Below, piece after piece: positions 1 to 13,413 of a DNA stretch of 64,000 nt (position 1 is its first letter; every line of letters begins with the position of its first letter). Made by a program: the position numbers and the translations under genes. The DNA is taken from assembly GCA_016748015.1 (NCBI GenBank), contig JAAOMT010000694.1, forward strand, positions 1 to 64,000, in the 5' to 3' direction. Source of the stretch: Geosiphon pyriformis uo1 (Eukaryota > Fungi > Glomeromycota). Below the pieces are notes generated by a model. It did no database searches and was not told the DNA's origin. It was given only the letters and a program-made list of their open reading frames with translations.

Positions 1-956
1 CATTATACAGTTAGATGTCTCAAGAGTTTTAACTATTGCTAAAAGAGCCAAAACTCTAATACAAAGATTTGGTCTCTTGGATACAAAACTCATTTCGCCT
101 CAAGTGTTATATACCTTATTGATAAAAGACTTTAACAAACTAGTTAGCTTTGAGTTAGATAAAATCCTTCCAATAGATTACACCATAAATAGTCTAATTT
201 TGCTGGAGCTTAATCTCTTTAGAGAGGATAATATTATGATTGAAACCTGTACTTCTTATTAATTATCACATATATTAGCCACTGATGTCATATGATTAAC
301 CACACTATTTTTAGAAAGTAATTATTGATCTGATCAATGACCTGAATATTGATCTGATTATTGACCTGATTATTGACCTAATTATTGACCTAATTATTAA
401 CCTAGTTGTTGATTTGATTATTGACCACTTTTGATAGCTATATAAGTAATAAATCTCTTAGCTGTAGAAAAGCATGTAATAACAAACATCTGAATAATCA
501 AGAATAAATAAAATAACAACTTTCATCTCAATCCTTCTCTTATTGCTAATTTTCCTTTCCCTACTTTCATGTATCTGAACATCTTAAAGATAAAAAATTA
601 CTTATTGGCCTTTTCCTAATGTATATAATTATAGCATTTGAAAATTATTTGAATAAACATGACTGAAAAGCACAAGTTGATACCTGATATTGAATTCTAA
701 GAGTGCCAACATGAGGCATAGAATTATACCAGTGGTAATCAATTATTGACAGTACAAACTATTCTTTTACCTTCAGATTCCCCAGTTATCTTTGAAAAGA
801 ATAGCGACTGAGATATTTTATGAAACTGATCTCACATATTGAATCCATACTCATTCAATTTGCTCTTTAAAGTTGAATTCTCCTTTTATTATTTTTATCA
901 CCCTACAATCCTGTTCTCTCTTACTATCCATTAACTTGTTACTCTAACTCATAACA
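1..956 (+). mobile_element. 3' end of Gypsy family A element (copy A0): accessory ORF tail, PPT and 3' LTR; inserted into the integrase of a family B element
   Basis: Colinear with 54403-55259. Purine tract agagaggataa at 221-231. LTR ends ...ataaca at 956, followed directly by integrase sequence (YPQTNGLVERFN). Confidence 0.9.
232..956 (+). repeat. LTR, family A (725 bp; 9 copies of the 12-bp U3 unit)
   Basis: Termini match the family TGTTAYGGTTG...CAACYCRTAACA pattern, with TG decayed to TA. Contains ctatataag (TATA-like) and aataaa. Five further copies in the window. Confidence 0.9.
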
Positions 957-1658
957 ATACTATCCACAAACAAATGGGTTAGTTGAAAGATTTAACAGAA
1001 CATTGTGTAAAACAATTACCAAAATCAGCCAAAAAAACCAGGACAAATGGGATTTGTTTATACCATCAATATTATTTGCTTATCAGACAATGAAGCAAGA
1101 CACAACACAAGCAACACTATTTGAATTAGTATACAGTAGAACAGCAACATTACCAGTTGAAATAGAAGTACAAACATATCCAACAGAACCAATAACAGAA
1201 AAAAATTTTCAAAAAACATTGTTAAAAAGAACATATAACTTAATGGAGACACTAGAAACAAATGGCGAAAAGCAGTTGATAACATCTAGAAGTCACAAAA
1301 AAAACAAAAAAAAAGACATAATAACCAACTACCGGATAAACCAGTTGAATTTAAGATTGGAGACAAAGTACTTCTACATTATACCAAAGCAAAAAAACAA
1401 TTGAGTAGAAAATTTGACTCCAAATAAGACAAACTATTTTACATAGAAAAAATTCTTAGAAATAGAACTTATAAATTAAGATGGGACAACAAAATCTTAG
1501 CCAAAACAGCACATGGTGATCAACTAAAACCATACTACTATATAGTATTATCATCCACCAATAACATTTCACAACTGGGAGTAGAGAGAATACTAGTCCA
1601 ACCAGATGAGATTCCACAAGATCTGGAACCAATTATAATCATTAAACTAAACACATAA
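957..1658 (+). pseudogene. Gypsy integrase C-terminal half (family B)
   Basis: PQTNGLVERFNRTL, WDLFIPSILFAY, and a degenerate GPF/Y-type module (LRNRTYKL). Contains stops and a frameshift. Confidence 0.88.
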
Positions 1659-1720
1659 AATTAAACAACCAAAAGAGTATATAAAGACACAGTATATGTG
1701 ACAAAAACAATATTAGAGAA

Positions 1721-2401
1721 ATAGAAATTACTAACAACATCTATTCACTAGCACAACAATTATTTTAACTGATCCAACAACAAGAGATAGAAATTACAAT
1801 TAATTAACAAACCATTAGATACAAAAACACCAGAAAGAGACCACAAAATAAAGTACAGAAAAAATCAGAAAACACTGTTGACAAAATAATCACAAAAGTA
1901 AAAGTGACAATAGAAGCACAACTAAAAGTCACTCAATATCAAGAGTTGACTATAAAAACTTGAAATTGGTGAATACAACAATTTCCAAGAAATTTTTGTT
2001 ACTTCTACTTGGGACAATACTTGAACATTCAGAATTTATACACAGATAAAACAAAACAATTATTCAACACAACAATACTGTAATAACTAGAACAATTTGT
2101 AAAAAAGAACAATTTGACCACACAAACAAGAGCCATTTATTGGCTACACACTAGATTTTAAGACTGACCAGAAATCTTATTCAATTCAGCAATAAACTTC
2201 ATTACTATTAACCAAATAAGACAATAACCAATGCCCAATTTGAAAAATTACAGAACAAAATAACCCAAGTAATTATCAAAAAAGAGATTCAAGAAATACT
2301 CAAAGACAGAAAATTAGAATTAGGAGATCTCGACAGAGCTCAATACTAAAGAGAAAAGAATAATGTTACTTATAGAATATAGAAAATATATTAGCATATA
2401 A
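1721..2401 (+). pseudogene. Family B 3' accessory ORF (ORF-X), unknown function, ends inside the LTR
   Basis: Manual translation includes FCYFYLGQYL...RAIYWLHTRF...NAQFEKLQ...TELNTKEKRIMLL. Homologous to 32156-32846. Confidence 0.65.
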
Positions 2402-3215
2402 ATTAGCCAATTAAAAGTAACCATAGTAAATATGAAATTCCAAAATTTTTCTCAGAGGAATTACAGGATTCCAGAAATTTCAGGATTCTTGTACAAGAAA
2501 TCACAGAATTCCAGAATTTTTTTTAAAGGAATTACAGGATTTCAGGAATTGCAGGATTTCTGGTGTGAAGAATTAAAGAATTAAAGAATCTTAATTATGT
2601 ATATATAGTAGTAGCATTAGAAGTAAAAAAGGCAGACCTCTCAGTTTAGATTTAATCTAAGCAACCTTTCCATTCACAAACATTAATAAATAATTATTCA
2701 CTATCTTAATCTATTTTTTACTATTAATACTTTATGTTAATAGTAATTGATACTTAACCACACTAAAATAATAGCTCCTAATCACAGCTATTAATAAGAT
2801 ACTAACATTTATTGTCTTGACTAAACTTCTTTATTTTTCTTTTCTTTTCTTTTATTTTTCTTTCTTTTATTTTGTTGTTATGTACAAATTGATTAAAAGA
2901 TTAAAACACTGAGTTATTGACATCACGAATAGTCTGATAAAAGACCCAGAAATAAGAGTAGAATTATATATATATTAACAGATAGCTTACCAAAAAGGCA
3001 CAACTGCCAGAATAAAACTGGCCACCAAGCTAAGAAAAAAATTAGATGGAATTGCAATTCTAAGAAGCTACAACAAAATCACAACTGAATCTCTGCCTAT
3101 TATACAAAAGACTTAACCAAAACCTTTAGACAAACAACCTTCAGATATTACCAATGTTATTAAGCAAATTAGCACCAAGTTACAGATTTGTTATTTGATT
3201 TGAGATCCTGTAACA
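2364..3215 (+). repeat. LTR, family B
   Basis: tgttac...tgtaaca termini. Second copy at 31361-32193 (-). GGAATT/GGATTC repeat cluster at about 2430-2562, upstream of gtatatatag. Confidence 0.88.
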
Positions 3216-3334
3216 ACATAAGCACATTGCTTAAGAAATTATAGCACATTGCTTAGAAATGTGAGTGATCTTGTAAAACTTAAATTATGTATATATAGCA
3301 AGAGTATTAGAAACAGAAAAGACAGAATAATTAC
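3216..3334 (+). repeat. Short fragment of a B-like LTR with a ~20-bp tandem duplication
   Basis: agcacattgctta(a)gaaat occurs twice. ttatgtatatatag...ttagaa resembles 2590-2640. Confidence 0.4.
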
Positions 3335-3965
3335 TGTTACAGTTAAAACTTATACTTTTTATTAATTATTACATGTATTAGTCACTAATGTCATATAATT
3401 AACCACCCTATTTTTAGATAGTAATTATTGACCACTTTTAATAGCTATATAAGCAATGAATTTCTTAGCTATAGAAAAGTATATAAGAATCAAAGAAAGA
3501 AAAGAAATAAAATAACAACTTTCATCTCAATTATTCTCTTATTACTAATTTTTCTTTCCCTATCTTCAAGTATCTGAACATCTTAGGATAAAAGATTACT
3601 TGTTGGTTATTCTTTACCCTTTTCTTGAAACAAATAATTGTAGCATTTGAAAATTATTGAATAAAACATAACTGAAGAACACATCTAATATCTGATATTG
3701 AATTCTAAGAGTGTTAATATAAGGCATAGAATTATACCAGTGTGTGATCATTTGTTAACAGTATGGACTATCTTTTTACTTTCAGATTCTTCAGTTATCT
3801 TTTGAAAAATATAGTGACTAAGATATTTTATAAGACTGATCTTACACATTGAATCTATACTCATTTAATTTGCTTTTTAAAGTTAAATTCCCTTTGATTT
3901 CTTTTATTACTCTACAATCTTGTTTTCCCTTGCTATCTATTAGCTTGTTACTCCAACCTGTAACA
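3335..3965 (+). repeat. 5' LTR of A1 (631 bp; 1 repeat unit)
   Basis: tgttacagtt...caacctgtaaca, followed by the PBS. Confidence 0.92.
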
Positions 3966-3971
3966 TAAAAG

Positions 3972-3988
3972 TGGTGCTTCCTGTGAGG
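3972..3988 (+). promoter_or_regulatory. Primer-binding site, family A (TGGTGCTTCCTGTGAGG)
   Basis: Starts with TGG, 6 nt after the LTR end. Same motif at 38462-38478. Confidence 0.8.
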
Positions 3989-4006
3989 TTGTCAAAATTT
4001 TATTGT

Positions 4007-5559
4007 ATAAGTAATTATTTATACCTGCCACAACAATCAGAAAAACACTTTAAAGCATACAACAAAAATGATCTAGACTTTATTAAACTCAATCTTTTGC
4101 TCTTTTGCTTGATTTGCTTCCCCATTAAAGAACAATCCAGTAAACAATTCCAAAATTTTTGGAACTGGTTCTTAAACAAGCATTCAGCTGAAACCTACAC
4201 AGTCTATACAACTTACTACTTTGACCAAGCTTATCTTAAAGACAACTTTGAAGAAAGAAATTTGTATTTAGTGTCATATTGGTTGACAGTAGCTGCTTTC
4301 TCAAAATCATTCAACCATTCAATTGAATCTTGTGTATTACCTCTAAATAAAAGTAGTGGGGTGTTGTTTTTTTATCCCAAAGCAGTTATATACTTTGGAG
4401 CACAGCTAAAATATTTGCTTGCATAGAGTTATTAGTTATTGGTTTAGAAATAACTGTTTGTGTAGAATGTTCTGATTCACTTGAAAAGAGATCAAAAACA
4501 GGATTAGTTTAGTAGCTTTCTTTTTTTGTTTCAAGGGAAGTCTTAATTGATTGATAGATAGCAATCCAAATGTGGATTTGATGATTCAAATATTCGAAAT
4601 CAAGAGACTGTTGTTCAAAGATTGTTGAGTATAAAAGTTGATTAATACTGTTGTTTTAAATCATTGGTAGTTACTTTCAAGACTTTTCTGCTACTTGGTT
4701 TTTACAAGAAACTAATGCTGGTGCTCACCAAAGAATCATTAGATGAACACCAACAAATACTGGAAAAAAAAATACCTCTTTTACTACTTGCTTTGAAAAT
4801 AAATTCAGAACTCCCATCTTAATTTCTAAATGGTACATGGAACTAGAAAAAAAAACCCAAAATTCCAGTAAAGTGGTAACTGAATATGCCAAAGCCATCA
4901 AAAAGTTAATTAAAAGAGTCAACTCTGGAAGAAACTGGACAAAAGAACAAAAAATTCATTCCTTTACAAAAGGATTGAAAACAGATTTGTCATATGCTTT
5001 TTGGCCCCTGCTGGCCTTGAAAAATAATTTCACAATGAATATGGCTATTAAACTTGTCCAGAGAATAGAAGACAATTAAAGAATACACCTAGAATCTACA
5101 CTTTCAGTTTTTGCTCCTGCTCTTGTTATGGCTTCTGCTTCCCAAATGGCTGGTATCTCTTTTGCTGCCCAAACTCAAGACCCAAATAAACAGTTAATAG
5201 ATAAATTTACAGCTAATTTTGCCTGATTACTAGAATTTTTAGCCCAAGCAGTCAGAGAAAATTAACAATTTCAAAGACCCAAATTTGAGCCCTGTTTTAA
5301 TCAACCCCAGCAATCCCTTTATTAAAGACAACAAAATTGTGATCCATCTGTGTGTTATCACTGTAAATTAACTAGACATTTCTTCAGAAATTGCAACAAT
5401 TCTCCCCTGCCTTCTTTAGCTCTCAAAAACAATAACAATTAAAACAACAAAACTATCAACAACAATGTCCCCAAACAAAGACCCAATTATACTAACATCA
5501 ATTTTTTTGGAGAGAATCTCTTAGTTAAAGCCACTGTTTATTAGCCTTTAAACTAGTAG
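4007..5559 (+). pseudogene. gag of A1 (N-terminal extension, capsid, CCHC knuckle), with inversion at 4261-4653
   Basis: VTEYAKAIKKLIKRV capsid motif and CYHCKLTRHFFRNC knuckle. Homologous to 38508-49904. Confidence 0.85.
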
Positions 5560-6083
5560 GCATATTTCCAAAGGGTGAAAGTGCAAACCAATTAGAAGAA
5601 AACCCTTTTTATGCTTTTAACTTAACTAATAATAACCATAACATGGATAAACTAGCAATCAACACCTCTGAATTAACAAGAAAGAAGAAAAAACTAAGGT
5701 TGATTTCGTTCTAGATCCAAATAAAGCATTCAAATCAACTGCTGATAACAATAAGCCATTAAAGTCTAGAGTTTTTAAAAATTCTCCAAAGTTGAAATCC
5801 CCAAAAATAGTACAAAAATCTGGCCCCTATTCTGTTGTTAAAGATCTCATAAAAATCTTAGCACATATTATATTTGGCCAACTAATAACCCATCCACAGT
5901 TCAAAAAAGATCTTTGCAAATTATTAATACCAAAGAAAAAAACACCAAAAACCAACAAACACTCCTGCCAAGCTGGACTTACTGACAACAACAATATTAC
6001 CTCTTTAATTTGTAAAGTCCAAGTGGCTGGTTACTTTATTGATCTGATCCTAGACAGTAAATCATCTGTTAGTGTAATTGCCA

Positions 6084-8497
6084 AACTCTTTCTTTTCTTA
6101 ATTTTATGATTATGACTAGAGCTAAAAGTAAAAAAGTTGCAAACATTATTTTTCTTATAGTAACTAATAAAGTTTTAACACAAAAGGGTTTCTCTGTTAT
6201 TGAAGCAGCTAGACAAAATGTTCTGGCTATATTTCCTTTAAAAAATATTAATGAAAAGCTGTTTTTAATAGCTTCTGGTTCATTTTTTTTACCTTTGGCT
6301 GGTAGTTTTTTTCTAGTTAAAGTTCCTTCCAAAAGACACACTCAGATTAGTTTTAGTGTTGTCTCTACTACTTCTAAAAGCCCAAAGATTTTTAATAACA
6401 GACCAGTCAACAAGTTGGTCTTCTCTGCTCTCACCACTCTCACTACTACTACTACTATTACTACTACTACTTCACAAATGGCTATAAAAGCCAAAAATTC
6501 CAAAAAACAGCAGCTGGCATTTACAACTGCTATGGTCACATTGAATCCCTTTGTGGTTTCAAATGAGATCTTGGGTAAGATCTCCACAGTAGCAACCAGG
6601 GTCCTTTCTGATATAGATGGCAACAACAGTAGCACATCTTCAAGATGGATCAAGATCAATCACTGGCTGTATTGCCTGATGTGGTACTTTTTGGCAAATT
6701 ATCACCAATTCCAGTAGCAAAACAGTTCATTATTTCAGATGATCTCAAAGATTGGGCTGATCAAATGGGAATAGAATCAACTGCTTCTTCCCCAGTTTTT
6801 GGTGCTGCTAATGGTAGTGCTTGGAAGAATGTGAATGGTTATCAAAGGTTTTCTGGTTGGGTGGCCTCTAATCTTGTACCTGGTGCTACATTTAAGATTA
6901 AAATGGCTCTGCTTAGTTCTTTGTTTCAGTTGCTGTCTGGTTGCATTGGGCTTAAGTCTGTTTTAAGAGATGCTGTTAAGTTGTTCTGTATGGAATTTGC
7001 ATTTTAGAAAAGTCTAAATAGTGCCATTGGTAATGAAGTTTTTTTGATCACTCTTAAAATTGCAAGATCTTCTAATATGGCCTCTGTCTCTTTTTTTTCT
7101 TTGTCAATTGCACTTTGTAATATATCTTTGGGTACCTCTTCTAATGACATCAAATCTGCTCTTGGCATGTTTAGTGTTGTTACTTTAGTTAAGTTGAAAC
7201 TGGCTGGTTTATGGCAATATGCTGTGGTTCATTTCAAAAACACTTCTTCTGCTGCTGCTATTCTTACTCACTAGTTTGTGCTGGTTAGAAAAAACAGTAT
7301 TAGAATTCTCCCTATTACCAACCAAAATGATATTATTTCTTCAAAAGATGCTTTTAAAGCTAAGTTGGTTAATCTTTTCTTTGGCTGTATTGTCTTTGAA
7401 ATAAGTAATTTGGTCTTTCAAGTTAGTGGCCATACATGTTTTATTCCTTGCTCCTCTGAATCTTACTGATGTTAATGCTTTGCTGTAATTATTTTTGATT
7501 CTTTGGAATCTCTGAATGTTACTGTGTCAAAAACTGGTACTTTGTGTGGTTGCTGTATTTGGTAAAAAACTTCTGAATGTTGTCACTGCTACAAGTGTCA
7601 AGACTTGAATTATTTGGCTGTAAACTGCAAGAAATCATCTTCTTTTCTACCCAAACTTTTTTTCAACACTTCTGGTGGCTTCAAAGTTTTCAAATCTTCT
7701 TTTGCTGGATCTAAATTTTATGCCAAAGCTGCTGCTTTAATGGTTCCTTCTGTTGCTGCTGCTACTGATATAGACTTGAATCTTGATGGTCCTCCCAAAA
7801 ATACAACATCCATGTTGCCTGCTGTTTTTTCTGCTCCCAATTTTGCTGTTGAATCTAGGTTGACTTTTTTGAAATTCCACTTTAGTAAACTGTCTGTGTT
7901 GATAAAATCTTTGGTTGAACTTGTTGGTGCTCTGGTTGTTTTGGTTACCAAATTGCTGTCTATTCTATCTGCTGTAGATGTATCAGTTAAGGAAAGTATG
8001 GCTGAATTGGCTAAGCAAAATAAAGACTTGGCTGTTGTTGCTTCTCTGATACAGAAAAAAATAACACACTTCAAGAAAAAATGTAAGCAGGCCTGCTTGG
8101 AGGATGTATTTGATGATAATAATATGGTTAATAATAATAATAATAATGATAAAGATTTTTCAGTTTATAATAACACTTTTAATGTTATGATGCACCTTTG
8201 GGAAAATCAGCCTTCTGGTATTAAATCCAGTCCTAATCAGACTGCTAAGTGGATAAGTAGTATGGTTAAGAATAGTCATGAGCTTATTAGCATTATGGGT
8301 AAGATATATGAATTAGATATGTTTAATATATTAGATAGCAAAAGTAGTACTAGTATGTAGTTAGGGCTTTCTGCTTGTGATTAGTCATATCTTGTAATTT
8401 GTATTATTGGGTAAACTGGCTTTATAAAAGCATCACATTACTGTAAACATAACTAATAAATAATCAGCATGGCTATATATTAACCAAAAAAAAAAAA
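6084..8497 (+). mobile_element. ORF1-only non-autonomous non-LTR retroelement (copy H1)
   Basis: Splits the A1 protease (gccaaac|...|aagcaattggc). One decayed ORF at 6106-8360, a ~125-nt 3' UTR, and an A12 tail at 8486-8497. No ORF2. Confidence 0.88.
6106..8360 (+). pseudogene. LINE ORF1-like protein (RRM-like domains, CCHC-type knuckle, coiled coil)
   Basis: LFCMEFA, GLWQYAVVHF, CYKCQDLNYLAVNC, VESRLTFL. Homologous to 25981-28107. Confidence 0.8.
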
Positions 8498-10680
8498 GCA
8501 ATTGGCAGAAAGATTGATAAGCCTTCTACTTGACTTATAACCAACTTACATAATAACAAAAAGAAAAGCCTGGGCATAGCCAAAGCTATTCTTGTTTGCA
8601 TCAATGGCATTAGCATTAAAACTAACATGGAAGTATTCAAAGCAAAAGAGTACACCATAATTGTTAACAATGAGTGGCTCAAAAAAGCCAAAGCACTACT
8701 TGACTATGAACTTTGTGAGCTAATCATCAGATGTAGTAAAAAACCTATTGTGGTTAAGTGCTATTATAAAACAACCCCTCCAGTATCCAAGCAAAACTCA
8801 GAAGAAAAACAATTAAATGAATCAAATGATAAGAGTGATAAAAAAAAAGATCAAGAAGAACAAAAAAAAACTGCTAAACTTGCTTATACTATCTTTATCA
8901 GCAATGACAAGCTACTAGACAATATTAAAGCTAACAAAGAAAAAATCATAGTAAATAGCAAGCTGATTTGCTGGCTCTACTATAATATTCTTAGAAGAAT
9001 CTTTGATAAAAAACCTGACAAGAAAGCAAAATACAGTTATTAGTGATATAGCTTTTGTGTCAAGTACTAGTGCAATAAACTTTTGTATTCCTCTAGTGAT
9101 GAATACAAGTTCTGCCTAATTTATTATAAAGATTGGAAGCCAATTAGTTTGATACTCAAAGAAGAATTAAAAGAAGCACAAAAGTTCTTTGAGAATAAAC
9201 CACTTGAAATCAAATCACTAGTTACAAAACAAAAAAAAACTTTCTTCTGAAGAAAAGTGGACATTGACTAGAAATAGCCCAGTTATCTCAAAAGAAAATA
9301 ATATCTCTGAACAAACTTATGTGATATAACACACTATTACCACAAAAGAAACTTGTTCCATCTATTTGAAGCCTTATCAATTCAATCAATATAATGATGA
9401 GTTCATCAAAAAAGAAATAAACCAGATGAAAAATCTTAGATTTATACAAAAAACCAAGAGTAAATGGGCTTTTTCAGTTGTAGTAGTATCCAAAAAAGAT
9501 GGAACTTTATGTTTCTGTGTTAATTACCACTAATTAAATACCATTACTATAAAAGATATGTACTTACTTTCCAAAATTAATGCAATGCTAGATAAATTCA
9601 ATGATGCTGCTTTCTTTTCAATCATTAACTTAACTGTTAAATTCTGGCAAGTAGAGATGGATCCAGAAAGCAGAAAAAAAACTGCTTTTATCATCAAATA
9701 TGGCATATATGAATTCACAGTCATGCCTTTTGGTCTCACCAATGTCTCTTCCACTTTTCAATGCCTAATAAACAAAGTATTTGAATTAGTAAAAGAAAAC
9801 TTTGTTCTGGTCTACTTAGATGACATAATGGTCTATTCAAAAATCTGCAATGAACATCTTGAACATTTGCAAAAGATTTTTGATTTGCTCAGAAATGCTG
9901 GCCTTAAGATCAATTCAATCAAACTTTTCTTTGGATGCCAATCCACCCAGTTCCTTAGTTATCTTATTACAAAAGATGGAATTTTTTCTGATCCAGCTAA
10001 AGTTGAAAAAGTTCAAAACATTAGACAACCAATAAATGTTTCTAAACTACACTTTTTCCTTGGTTTGGCTTCTTACTATCACAAATTTATCAAGAATTTT
10101 TCCAAAATTGCTTTTCCTTTTAATTAATTACTTAGGAAAAATGTCAATTATTACTGAGGCACTTATCAACAAAAAGCTTTTGAAATTCTGAAAAAAAAAC
10201 TTGTTACTAAACCAATTCTTAAGACTCTTGATCTAGACCAATTTTTCATTTTTTACATTAATACATCTGGTTATGGACTTGGTACTATCCTTTCACAGAA
10301 AAATAAAAATAGCAGAGAATATGCCATAATATATACCAGTAGATCCCTTACACCAGCAGAAAAGAACTATTAAGTTACTGAACAAGAATGTTTAGTAGTA
10401 GTTTGGACTACTAATTATTGAGATCAATATCTTCTTGGTATAAAATTTCTAGTAGTAACAGATCATTAAGCCTTGGTTTGGCTGTGCAATAAAAAGAAGC
10501 TAGAACACAAATAAATAATTTGCTGGATACTCCACTTGAATGAATTTGACTATGATATTCAACACCACAAAGGAACAAATCATCAAAACACTGATGTTCT
10601 CTTTAGACTTACCATCCAGTAATAGTATAATCTCTCAAACCAAACCAACTTAATTATTAGTAACTTTTTTACAAACAAAC

Positions 10681-12000
10681 ATGACAATGGATTTGGACAA
10701 CTACTCTGCCTTAATGGAATTTTTGGGTAAAGGACAATATCCTCCAGAATACACCTAACAGCAAAGAGAACATTTGCACAAACAATCAAATTTCTATTTA
10801 ATTCATTAGAACCAGCTATATAAAAGAAATAGAAAAGATTTTGACCACCCTCAAAGAGTCATTAGATTTGAAGAAAGAGAAATTGTAATATACAACATAT
10901 ACACTGACCCATTAGTTAAACACTTTGAAAAAACAAAAACAATTCAGAAAACTTTAGCTTACTATTATTGGCCTATCTTGGAAAAGAATATTGCTGAATA
11001 CATCAAAACCTGTGACATCTGCCAAAAAAGAGGCAAACTCAATCACAAAAAAAATATTTATCCAATTCTTGTGGGTCAATTATTTGACAGAATTGGTATA
11101 GATGTTGTTAGATCTTTAACAATAATTCCTAATAGCAACAGATATATTATTACAGCTACTGATTATCTTACAAAATAAGTAGAAGCAAGAGCCATTCCAG
11201 ACCAAACTGCAGTCTTAATAGCCAATTTCATTAATAAAAATATCATTTGCTATTATGGCTGTCCCAAAAAAATTTTATCTGATAGAGAAAGAGCTTTTCT
11301 CAGTATACTGATTAAAGAACTTTGTAAAAAAATGGGAATACATCATAAACTTTCTTTTTTTTATTACTCTTAAACAAATGGCTTAGTAGAATGTTTTAAT
11401 AGAACACTATGTAAAACTCTGGCCAAAACCAGTAAAGAAACAAATTTATAAAACAAAGTACTGCCTTCAACTTTGTTTGCTTATAGAACTGTGAATTATA
11501 ACATAACAAGTTATAAATCTTTTTATCTGCTCTATAGATGCATGGCAACACTACTAATAGAAACTGACATTAAGACAATATTTTTTAAAGAGATTACAAT
11601 AGAAAATTACAAAGACATTTTGCAAAAAAAACTTGGTATTATTTTTAACTCCTTAGTAGAAGCACAAATAATTGTCTTTAAAAAGATAAAACAGTTCCAA
11701 AAAAAGCTTAAGAAAAAGAAAACATATAAAATACTTTTCTTAAGTATTGGTAACTTGGTATTAAAATACTATTCTAATAGAAATAATGTCTATGGTGATA
11801 AATTTTCTAGTCAGTAAAAAAAACTCTTTTTAATTAACAAAGTTTTGAATAATAGTTTTTATATTCTTCAAGATCAATTCAGAACAATCTTCAATAATTG
11901 TTTTATTTATGGTACATGACTCAAGAAATATTATAAATAATCTGATTGGTTGCCTGTTGTGATAATAGTGACTTAAATGATTAGCAAAAATCAAGTATAA
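10681..12000 (+). pseudogene. Integrase of A1 (separate ORF)
   Basis: Own ATG (MTMDLDNY). HHCC (YIKTCDICQ), IGIDVV, DYLTK, TNGLVECFN. Confidence 0.88.
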
Positions 12001-12071
12001 ATAAATGTCTTTTGTTTATTAAATTGAAAATTTTCTGTATCATTTCCAAAACAGAGATATCTTTAATCAAC

Positions 12072-12727
12072 ATGAACAATTATTTTCTAGATCAAAACAT
12101 TCAAAATGCTTTCTATATTCTCTATGAGTATTGGATCAAAAACTATCCAAATACTACTCTGACCATTGGAAAACAAACCACTATAACTGATAACAATAGA
12201 ACACATACTGTTATTAGACCCAAGAAAACCATTACCAAAAGAGAAAAAATTGGTAGAAAAATAGATAAATATCTGTTAGAAAGTATAACAACAATTATAC
12301 TCTTATCTTTTAATACAATTGGAAAAACCATCCAAGAAATCTTGCTCACAAACAAAAATTTGTCATATAAAAGGCAATTAAAACTCTATGGTTACTTTAA
12401 AAAAATCATAAAAGATATAAAACTCATGAAAAAAACCACTTCAAAGATACAGGCAGAAATTTTGGATATTATATAGTTAAATGTTCCAAGAGTTTTAACT
12501 ATTGCTAAAAGAGCCAAAACCTTAATACAAAAATTTGGTTTCTTGAATACAAAACTTATTTTGCCTCAAGTATTATATACCCTATTCACAAAAGACTTCA
12601 ATAAACTAGTTAGTTTTGAGTTAAATAAACTTTTTAAATAGATTATATCATGAATAGCTTGATTTCACCAGAGCTTAATTTCTTTGAAAAGGATAATGTT
12701 ACAATTAAAATCTATATTTCTTATTAA
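12072..12727 (+). pseudogene. Family A 3' accessory ORF-X
   Basis: MNNYFLDQNIQNAFY..., homologous to 54005-54661. Ends 31 nt inside the LTR. Confidence 0.75.
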
Positions 12728-13413
12728 TTATTACATGTATTAGCCACTAATGTTATATAATTAGCCACTTTATTTTTAGAAAATGATTATTGACCTAATC
12801 AATAATTTAACTGTTAATCTGATCATTGACTTAATTATTGATCTGATTATTGACTTAGTCATTAACTTAATCATTGACCACTTTTGATAGCTATATAAGC
12901 AATAAATTTCTTAGCTGTAGAAAAGCATATAAGAATCAAAAGAAAAAATATAAATAAAATAACAACTTTTATCTTAATTATTCTCTTATTGCTAATTTTT
13001 CTTTTCCTATCTTTAAGTATCTGAACATCTTGGGATAAAAAATTACTTGTTGGTTATTTCTTACCCTTTTCCTAAAATGTGTAATTGCAATATTTGAAAA
13101 TTATTGAATAAAAACATGACTGAAAAGTACATCTTATACCTGATATTAATTTCTAAGAGTGCCAATATAAGACATAAAATTATACTAGTGTATAATTATT
13201 TGTTAACAATATGAACTATCCTTCTATTTTCAGATTTTCTGGTTATCTTTTGAAAAGTATAGTGACTGAAATATTTTATGAAACTAATCTCACACATTGA
13301 ATTCATATTTATTCAATTTGCTCTTTAAAGTTAAATTCTCTTTGATTTCTTTTATTACTCTACAATCCTGTTCTCTCTTGCTATCTGTTAACTTGTTACT
13401 CCAACTCATAACA
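12697..13413 (+). repeat. 3' LTR of A1 (717 bp; 8 repeat units)
   Basis: PPT gaaaaggataa, then tgttacaatt...caactcataaca. Confidence 0.92.

Larger units (their letters stand above)
957..3215 (+). mobile_element. 3' part of Gypsy family B element (copy B1): integrase C-terminus, accessory ORF, PPT, 3' LTR
   Basis: Reverse-complement homolog of 31361-33610. PPT gagaaaagaataa precedes tgttac at 2364. Confidence 0.88.
5553..10622 (+). pseudogene. pol of A1 (protease, RT, RNase H), interrupted at 6084-8497
   Basis: LILDS protease motif near 6045. RT motifs KTAF, MPFGLTN, VYLDDI and FLGLASYY. RNase H ends ...FRLTIQ*. Confidence 0.9.
3335..13413 (+). mobile_element. Gypsy family A element (copy A1), full-length layout but decayed; carries an internal inversion and an inserted ORF1-only element
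   Basis: LTRs at 3335-3965 and 12697-13413, PBS, gag, PR, RT (YLDD), RNase H, IN, ORF-X and PPT, all colinear with copy A2. Confidence 0.92.

Noticed and set aside
319-427. CRISPR-like array
   Set aside because: Contiguous degenerate 12-mers with no unique spacers, inside an LTR, and no cas genes.
2469-2481. Perfect heat-shock element TTCcaGAAatTTC in LTR B
   Set aside because: Not perfect in the second LTR B copy. It could arise by G>A decay of GGAATT repeats.
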